Shown here: in pieces, positions 9,295 through 19,200 of the stretch | How positions within the stretch are numbered: position 1 is the first letter of the stretch | How the letters are laid out: each line of letters begins with the position of its first letter | Assembly (NCBI GenBank): GCA_945898045.1 | Contig: CAMDGG010000006.1 | Location: forward strand, 5,393 to 69,392 | From: a bacterium UBP8_UBA817 | GTDB lineage: Bacteria > Margulisbacteria > Marinamargulisbacteria > SXXA01 > SICP01 | Direction of reading: 5' to 3' | DNA length: 64,000 nt | Translations under genes and position numbers: made by a program | Notes under the pieces: model-generated | Databases searched by the model: none | Told to the model about the DNA's origin: nothing | The model's input: the letters and a program-made list of their open reading frames with translations, nothing else

Positions 9295-10220
9295 AAAGAC
9301 TAGCGCTAGCAACATGTATCGCAGTGCTTCTATTGAACACTTCTGCAAAAGCAACTGGAGAATTCTTCATCTCCACAGATGTAGGGTCTTCAGCAGAAAT
9401 GATTGGTCAAGCTAACGTAGAAGGCTTTACCGACAAAGCCAATAACGTTTTTGATAATCCTGCAGGACTTTATAGAATCAACCAATTCTCTACCAGTCTC
9501 TTCACAACAACATTCATGAACGAAGTCACTTATAAAAACATATCTGTAGCAATGAGATTAGCAGAAGGTGTAATAGGATTAGGCTATATGTCTACAGATG
9601 TAAGCGGACTGATCTCAACAACTGCAAACAGAAATGAAAACCAAGAAATCACAGAAATCACATCAGATGGCAACACGTTCGGCTATAACAACACCATGAT
9701 CAAAGCAAGTTACCAATGGTCTCAAACTGAACACCTCCACTGGGGCACATCAGCCGCCTACTATACAACTTCAATAGGGGACGTTACTGGACAAGGTATT
9801 AATCTAGACGCAGGCGTCATCCTGGATTACTATCCTTTAATACTATCTATATCAGCAAAAAACGTATTAGCTGGTAAAGTAAAGTATTCTAATGGGGGCG
9901 AAGAAAATCTTCCGCTACAAACAACATACGGGGCACAATACAATTTCAATGAATTCCAAGTTGCTGGACAATTCAAAAGCAAAGGAAGCAATCACAATAT
10001 GCTGAAATCAGCTTACATTGCTTACCACCCCAGCGCGCTACCTTTTCTAGAATTATCAGGTGGTTACAAAGAATACAGTGTATTAGATGCAGTAAAGAGT
10101 AATTTAACATTTGGATTAGGATTAAACCTCTCAACAATCAGTTTCAACTATGCCTATGAGTCTAGCGAGAACATTCAATTCAACCACAAACATTATTTTT
10201 CAGTCGGCCTTTCTTTCTAA
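9291..10220 (+). CDS. PorV/PorQ-family-like outer-membrane beta-barrel protein
   Basis: Signal peptide (AKA|TG). The N-terminal GEFFISTDVGSSAEMIGQANVEGFTDKANNVFDNPAGL resembles the PorV/PorQ family start. Alternating beta-strand pattern throughout, with terminal ...YFSVGLSF ending in Phe as in OM barrels. Confidence 0.55.
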   Translation: MKRLALATCIAVLLLNTSAKATGEFFISTDVGSSAEMIGQANVEGFTDKANNVFDNPAGLYRINQFSTSLFTTTFMNEVTYKNISVAMRLAEGVIGLGYMSTDVSGLISTTANRNENQEITEITSDGNTFGYNNTMIKASYQWSQTEHLHWGTSAAYYTTSIGDVTGQGINLDAGVILDYYPLILSISAKNVLAGKVKYSNGGEENLPLQTTYGAQYNFNEFQVAGQFKSKGSNHNMLKSAYIAYHPSALPFLELSGGYKEYSVLDAVKSNLTFGLGLNLSTISFNYAYESSENIQFNHKHYFSVGLSF

Positions 10221-10236
10221 AGAATGAGGACATAGT

Positions 10237-13200
10237 GTGAAACGAAAATTATTACTTGCTCTTCTAACTTGGTTTACTCTCTTCGCAACAGCTGAATTTG
10301 CGCAAGTTACCTTTACATTTCAAGGCAGTTTAATTAGGGCAGACAAAACGTTTGTAAATGGCACCTATAACAACGTAAAAGTGGGCGTATACTCCGGTGC
10401 AGATCAAAACGTTTCCCCCGTTTGGTCAGAACTACAAAATGGTGTAGTTTTTGAAACGGGTCGTTTCAGCATCCTTGTGGGCAACACAGATCCCATAAAC
10501 AATCCTCTGAAAATCGAAACGCTCAATATTAACAGCCCTTACTTAGGACTTACGATTAATGGCAGTGAGTTTTTCATTCCATTTACCTCAACACCCTACA
10601 GCTTGCGAACAAAAGTAGCAGAAAAAACAAATGCCGTATCAGCACAGTATATAGTAGGAACCTTTACAAAGCCTGTAACAATAAAATCCACATTAACCAT
10701 TACCAGCGACAACATAACGCTACTAAAAACCACCCCCTTAAAACAGGTTGGAATCGGAAAAGACAACCCTCTAACAAAAATCGTAAATGGCAAAACAGTG
10801 GCCGACGCAACGCTTGACGTCAACGGCCCCGTCAATAGTCAGACAGGCTTCAAAATAAATGGTGTCGACATCGCAAGCACTTTGTCATGGAAACAAAATA
10901 AAATTGTTACAAAAAATATTTATTATGCAAGTGGGAACGTGGGCATCGGACTACAAAACCCTAGCTATGCTCTAGACGTGCAAGGAACACTGAATGCAAC
11001 ACAAATATTACTTAAAGGGAAACGTCTTTCCGCCGGACTAGATTGGCAGCCCCAAACCAACGCAACACAAAATTTATACTTCAAAAAAATAGAAGATAAT
11101 CGTGTAGGCATAGGAAGAGTAGACCCGCAACAATCACTGGATGTTAATGGCAGTTTGGCTGTATCAAGCAATACTACGGATCAAACAGCCCCACTAAACG
11201 GCATGATCAGAATGTCACCTACCAACAATGAAATACAGGGATTCAGAAACAACCGATGGATTCAGTTAACAGGATTAAGAGGGCAAGGCCAAAAAAATCA
11301 AATTAGTTTCTATACGAATCAATTTGCACTTTCTGGATACACACCCTTTGCATGGAGATCACAAACCAACATGTTAGGCATTGGAATTGCGATACCCCAG
11401 GCGCAATTACATCTATTAAAAACAGAACCCCTAGCCCCTTCCCTTTATATTGGTACAAACACAAATCAAGCTTTATTGGTTGTTACCGCAAATGGAAACG
11501 TTGGAATTGGAACCGCCACACCCAACCAAAAATTGGTTGTAAAAGGAACGCTAGATGCAGAAGAGCTAACCGTAAATGGACTAAACTTATCATTGGCCGT
11601 CTCGAATTCATCCGTATGGATATTAAATAAACAAAGTAGTTTATTTTACAAATTAGGAAACATAGGAATTGGAAAAATCGACCCGAAAAGCCCCCTTACA
11701 ATAGCGCAAAGAATCAACCATCCTGACGAAGACCCGGCATTAACATTTCGTCAAAGCAATGGCAACAGTTATACAATGGGCATTAGTAGTAAATCTCCCG
11801 GCATTTTCCGAGTAGAACGAGGCGACAAATTAAATACCTCCACGCCACTATTTGTCATGAAAGACACCTCCTTTGGTGTGGGACTTACAGATCCATTAGC
11901 CATACTCCATGTCAGCGGTAATGAAGGAGCTGCTTTCAACGGTAAATTCTTTGGTGTAGTTAATGAGACCTTTCCCGAAGTAGACTCCGCAGGAAAACCG
12001 ATTCTTCCACAGGTAGTGCAGGAAGGCGCTGGAACACGGTTTATTTGGCATCCATTACGTGCAGTTTTACGAGCTGGAACTGTGACTGGCAATCAATGGG
12101 ACAACATTAATCTAGGTAAATTCTCTATCTCATTTGGATTAAACAATACAGCGAGCGGTAATTTCACAACGATATTAGGAGGGCAAAATAACCTCGCAAC
12201 AGGTGCTTACGCCACCATATTAGGGGGGCAAAACAACCAAGCCCTGGGCGATTTTTCTTTAGCCGGTGGATATCAGGCTAAAGCACTTCACCACGGATCG
12301 TTTGTGTGGGGAGATCGCCTGGGCCAAGCTCTGAGGACAAACGCTCCTAATCAATTTTTGATCAAAGCATCCAATGGCATAGGGTTCGGAACAAATCAAA
12401 CTTCAACTGATGGCAATAAAAGTACATTAACGATTAAAAAACCAACCCCAAGTGGTAATATTTTTCAAATAGTAGGCCGAAATCTAACCACAGACATCTT
12501 CCAAATAAGCACATCCGGCAATGCCATGATAGGCTCTAAAGCCAAAACAACCGCAGGATTAAGTGTCATCGGGAAAACTCAATTCGGAAAAAAACTAGTC
12601 ACCCCTACGATAAATAGCTTTTTAACAATTTCTAGTGAACATCCTACACAAGCTATTTGGGTTTCAAATAGTGATGGAGATATCGTAACAACGCCAAATT
12701 TCATTCTTACTAGCTCTGGAAACATGGGAAGCAACATCATCCCTTTGGCCTCCGTTATTACGCAGTTTAAAAACGGAACAATTCAAATAGGAAAAGGCGG
12801 TATATTGGGCGACAGCTATGAACTCCCCGACGGAACAAAGATCGGAACACAAGCTATTGAAGTCTGGGGTATAGACTCACCCCCCAACCTCTATTTTACA
12901 ACCGGAAATGTGGGCATTGGCACAACACGCCCTACAAGTCTTTTAACAATTTCAAACGTTGCAAGCAAACTCTTTCAATCACCAAAAAATCCTGCCATAA
13001 CTTTCTCGAAAAACACTACCTCATACACATTAGGTATAGAAAACAATTCACCAGACATCTTCAAAATAGTATCCGGGTATGACCTAATACAAAGCCCAAA
13101 AATTGCGTTTAAATATTTGGATAATTCCATTGGAAGAATGGGCATAGGAACAGAGAATCCAAGAGCAGTATTTCATGTAAACAACGCTGCGATCTTAGGA

Positions 13201-16200
13201 AAAACAATATCAATTGCCACATCAAATAACGATACTAGATACAACTTGATCGCCGGATCAGCCTCTTTCAGGCCTCTATTTTTAAACAAACAATTTACAT
13301 CCGCATCTGGAACACCCTGGACTACAACTAGAAATGCCAGCCTCTATTTTACAAACGGGAAAATTGGAATTGGCACAACTAGACCATCAACAGATATCTC
13401 AATAGCAGGAAGTATAAACGCAACCTCAGTCCGTATTAAAGATGCATTCATAGTCAAAGAAACCACAACTTTAACTCGACTCGATTTCTTAAATGACAAT
13501 GGGCTCCCATTAAGATTGGGAGTGAGTGCTTCCAAGTTACGCCTAGGTGATCTATCTATTTCAGACATCCTCTCCAGAGGAACAAATACAGCACAAACAA
13601 AAGGACCTGTAGTTTTATGGCAAAGCGCCAATGTCTTAGGTGACACACAACTAATATGGGCTTCCGATGCAGCGCACCCTGATCAAAGTGGAACACTCAC
13701 CGCAACTAAAAACGTTCGTATTCCTACCACGTTAACTAAACCCAATTCATTCCAACAAACAACCTTAGTACAAGTAGGGTCTGCCAATATAACCAATGCC
13801 CTCAACATTTCATCAGACCTTACTCATAACGGTAACATTTCTAATTCAGAGTCTCATAGCAGTCAAAAAATAACGCTAAATCTGGGACCAGGTGATTGGG
13901 ACGAGAATAACAATTTCACAGGAATCGATATCAAGATAGTTAATAAAGCCAATGCCAGTGGAGCCACCAATTTCACAACACAATCCCAAGCGATAGGATT
14001 AAATATTGATGTGAGTAAAGTTAAGACTCAACAGACAGGAGAACCTGGATTCAATTTTGCTGCCATTTTTAATGGGAACGTCGGTATCAATAAATTTCCA
14101 TCGCCAACTACACCAACCAGAGCCATATTGGATGTCAAGGGCATTGTAGAGGCCGACTCATTTATCATTTCAAAAAGACTCAGCATCACCACCCTTAACA
14201 TAACTGGCGACGTCTTAACCGTAAAACAAACCCGCCCTATTACCATCGGTCTTCCAAAACCAACCAGCCCGACATACGATCTTCTTATACAAGGAACCGT
14301 AGAGGCGACAAATGGCAGTATTGGGCTCTTAGAAACAAAAACACTAAATACCGCGCAAAACGCACTTCTTGTAAATCAAGCTGGTCAAATAGGTCTTGGC
14401 ACCACATCGCCGGAAGCCGACTTTCACATCAAAAAATTATTTACAACCACAACAGACAAAGATTACTTTGCAAAAATTTCACACAGCACAATTGACATTC
14501 CAATCTCCCCCAAAAAATTAACAACGAACTTTACGGGTTTTGACATCGCTCTGAACACAAAAACGAACAATAAAATAGGACAACCACAAACACCTCAAAC
14601 AGCAACAGGCTTGTCTATCAACCTTAACAATATGGCTTCTAATGCAAACGGTACAATCATTGGGATTTCCAGCAAAACCAATAAAACTCAAAGTAAAGCA
14701 AAATCAGCGCTATTTCTCGGAGGAAATGTTGGCATTGGGGTTACTAACCCAACAAGCACACTCGCTATCGTTGGAACAATCCGAGCAAAGGCCGTAGATA
14801 ACACCAACTTATTAACCCAACAAGAAGCAGCGTCATTTAACAGACTCGTAGTAACCGATAGCGCAAACTTTAAAGGACCCGTCACTGCAAACACCCTCTA
14901 TGCAACAAGCATTATCACCAAGACCGATCAACTTACTATTAACGACAGCATCACGCTCCCTACAATCGCATTAACTATTACAGGCACACCAGGATTATTA
15001 ACAAGTAAAGCACTTTCAATCACAGCAAATACAACAGCCAACGCACTTACTCTCATCGGAAAATTGACAGGCACCTCGGCAACATTTAATAATCTCATCT
15101 TAACCAATTCTCTTACAACCGCTACACTCAATATCTCGCGTTTACAACAAAACGACACTATTGAACTTAATGCAGCACAAGCCAACTTCAACTCACACAC
15201 AATAGTTGCAAATGGAATCGTTGGTATTGGCATCACAAACGCAACAGAACCTCTCTCCATCGCAAGTACTAAAAAAACAGCTACAATCTTACGTGTTCAA
15301 AACCTCTCAGATATCAAGACTACAGCGGCGGGAATTCTGCTAGTACCTGACATCAAAACCGACCAAAATACAGGATCCGGCATTGTAGCCATTAAGGTCA
15401 GCGATACAGGATCAGCTGCACGAGGCTCAGACCTTGCTTTCATTACAGACCCCATCAATGGAACACAATCAGAACGCGCACGTCTTACGCAAGCAGGAAA
15501 CTTTATTATTGGCACCAGAAATGCCTCAAGCAAGTTATATGTCCATCAAACTTCTGTAATACAAAATACGGCGACATTCAATACAAAAGTCACTACAAAA
15601 GCGCTGACCTCTGCAAGTGATATCAGCATTAAAAAAACAACTATATTTAATAATGGAGCAGAAATACATGCCCTTTTGACTCAAAAACCTATCCTCATTA
15701 AATTAACTACGCTTGGCTCTGTCACATCTGGAACCAGCGCACTAAGCCCTTCATCGTCTGGAAAATTAATTTACAAAACAATCTTGGATGATAATTCGGT
15801 TGTTGCCTCTGACATCACTTCTCTTGTAACTGGATCCGTTGGACGACTCCCTTATTATACGAGCAGTCATAAATTGACAGATACATCCTCTTTAACATGG
15901 GTAACACAAAATATATCCAGCATTCCCTACAGTACCCTCGTTATTGGGAAAGTAAGTTCTGCAAGCATGGCCATAGTCGCAACGCTAAATAATACATTAA
16001 TCGGCAGCCCAACAGCTGAAGACATCCAACTAACATTTAAAGATCGCACTTCTGATATTTCAACATATGGAGGAAGAAAGTTCTACGGTTTACAAATTAT
16101 CGCTTCCAGAAACACCAATGCCAGTGTAGCCCCAGGAGAAACAACAAGAGGCCTATATGTTGACCTCTCTTCACTTAAAGCTGAAAGCACTAACTTCCAA

Positions 16201-19200
16201 GGTGACGGAGCCATACTGAAAGGAACTAAATACGTAGCACTTTTCAAAGGAGGAAATGTCGGTATTGAAACAACGTCTCCAAACGCAACACTACAAATTC
16301 AACCCAAAGATAATATAGACTCTTTTCAAATTGACACCAAAACTCAGGCCGGAACAGTCATTACCAAAGCACTCATGGTAAATATAAGTGGAAATAGTGG
16401 TATAGGGGCCACTTCAAACGCCAAACTCACGCTTAAATTATTAAACACAACCTCATCGGAAACCGCCGTACTAATCACTGATTCAAGTAAAAACCCTCTA
16501 TTCACAATAAAAAACAATAATAAAATAGGAATTGGTACAGCTGCACTTTCAACCGAATTTAATATAGCTGATCCAATAAAAGCTAAAACACATACCGTAC
16601 AAACGTTATTAGCAAATACATTAACCATTAACACCGATAAATTAGTCGTTCAGAGCAACGGTAACGTGGGAATTAGCAACACAAACCCACAAGCACAACT
16701 CCATCTAATCCAAAAATTGACGCAACAGCCCCCAGCCAACTTTATTATGGAAAACCTGGGCCTTACAATTGGATCCACCCCCCTAAGAAAAACGCTAACA
16801 GGTCTTTCCTTAACTATTACATCTAACGCTTACAATTTATTAGGCCTCGATGGCATCCCGAATAAAGGGACCGGCATTAAATTTTCTGCACCCTCCTTAG
16901 CCCTTAGTACCACATCAACGTTAGTAGGCATCAACGTTAACGTACCGAAGGGGACAAGCTCCAATAGCACCGTCATCCGAGGTGGCAACGTAGGAATAGG
17001 CATTACAAATCCAAGCGCAACACTTCATATAGCCGGCACCTTAAGAGTAAGCGGAAACATTCTTCAAACAAAACCAGGAAATTTGTCTATTCCTGGAGTA
17101 ACAGCAAATAAATTGGCATCAACAGGAACAAACTCATTTAACACCGTTAAAGTACTCAGTCCATTTAAAAAAGTAGTGGTCACCGATAAGCTAGTCACAA
17201 ATAGATCTTCTGTGTCACTTCTACAAAAAGCACCCACAACAAATGTCATCTTATTAACCAGTAACTCCATTGCGCGTTTTCAAAAAGCGGCAACAGGAAC
17301 AACCAATATCCCACAGAAAAGTGTATTCAATATCGCCTCACAATTACCAACACAAACAGCTATGACACTTCAAAAAGGAACCGCTATCGTCACAAATATG
17401 GCTACTCTTCCCGTAAGCAGAGGTCTCGCAACACTCCAATATGACAGCACATTGGATGTAACCCCTGTACCCGCATTAATTATCGGAACAAGTCTGACCC
17501 CAAATGCACTCGTGATCAGCAATACAGGTCAAGCCAGCATCGGAACAGCTTCAAGTCTTGCAAAATTAACAGTCATTGAAGGTAGTTCCCGATCAACAGC
17601 AAAAGCCCTCTCCATAATCAATACTTCAGGAACACCCCTCTTAAGCGTGATGAATGATACAAACGTAGGCCTAGGAACAAAATCTCCCCAAGCAATAGTC
17701 CATATTGTCGGTCAAAGTACTCAGTCCACGCTACTAAAATTAGCCTCTTCTACATCTGCAAACATTCTGACTATGATAGGAAACGGTGCCATTGGTATCG
17801 GTACAACAGCACCAGATAGCGCACTACAAGTTCAAGGTACTTTTAAAATATCATCGGCCCCCACACCCAACCTCATTTCCGTATCTAATGCAGGCAATGT
17901 AGGCTTTGGGAAGGACGCAAACGCTAACTATCCTCTTAACCTAGATAATAATATGCGATTAGGAAATAGCACAGATGGAACACTTCCTAACTATTTGACT
18001 AATCAGTCAAGAAAAAATAGAGGTTTTATAACACAAACGGGCAGTGACCACACGTTCTTTGGACTAAGAGAAACAGTCACTGGAAATAGCAATTACGCCC
18101 CTGTCGTTTATTGGGGAAGCAGCGATACGGATGCCTTAACATTCGAAACCAGTGCCGGCCTTGAAGCCGCGAGATTAATCAATAAATCAATGAGTATAGG
18201 TGGTATCACACCAAGCGCTACATTACATATCAGCAATATCAATAACCGTACGGCCCCTTTATTAACTTTAAAAACTGCAAAATTCCCAAATATGCTCACC
18301 ATCACAGCCAATGGTTCCATAGGAATTGGAACCGCCCCCACAATCAACGCAGATGTCTTTGTTTCAGGATCCGTCTTCGCCAAAGGTCTAAAACAACCTC
18401 CAGGAGGCACAGAACTAACAGCCCCCACCATTAACATTGTCAATTCAACAACAACCTATTCAAGCTTTTCAGTATCCTCAAATATTCTGTCAGACCTAGC
18501 ACAAACAGCAGAAAGAATAACCCTACAACTTGATAAAGACTCAACCGGAACACTTATCGGAAAAAGCATCACACTATTATCATCTGTTACACAAACCAAT
18601 GTAGGGGATCTAGCTACTACTCAGCGCGGGCTTCGTGTAGATATCAGCAATCTTTTTATCGACAAAAATCCTGCATTTGGAGTAAACACCGCACAAAAAT
18701 TTGCAGCTACCTTTAAGGGCGGTAATGTAGGCGTAGGCACAAAAACACCCAAAACATGGTTTGAAGTAACTACCAGTAAAAATGCCCCTGGCAATATTGC
18801 CAGCTTCAGAGCAACTCCCAACATAGTTCCCGGAGGAATCAATATAAAACAAGCCGACCTTACCTTCACAAGCTATCCAACCGTTAATATTTCCGGACAG
18901 AAATTATCTGTCCCTACAGACTCGTTCAAAACCATCGCGTACACACTACCAAATGGCCAACTTTTCAACGGAGGTAGCACATTCTACGTCACAGACGACA
19001 TCGCAAAAGCCATTATGATAAAACTAAAGGGGGGAGCAACACCAATTATTGATAGTGTCACCAGGAACGTTAACCAAACAACTAAAACAACGTTGAAATC
19101 GGCTATTACCAATTATTCAACCAACGGGTACTTTGTAGACTACATCACAACACAAAATGTCTTATCTGTTCTCTTACCCTTTATAGAAAAACACACCATC

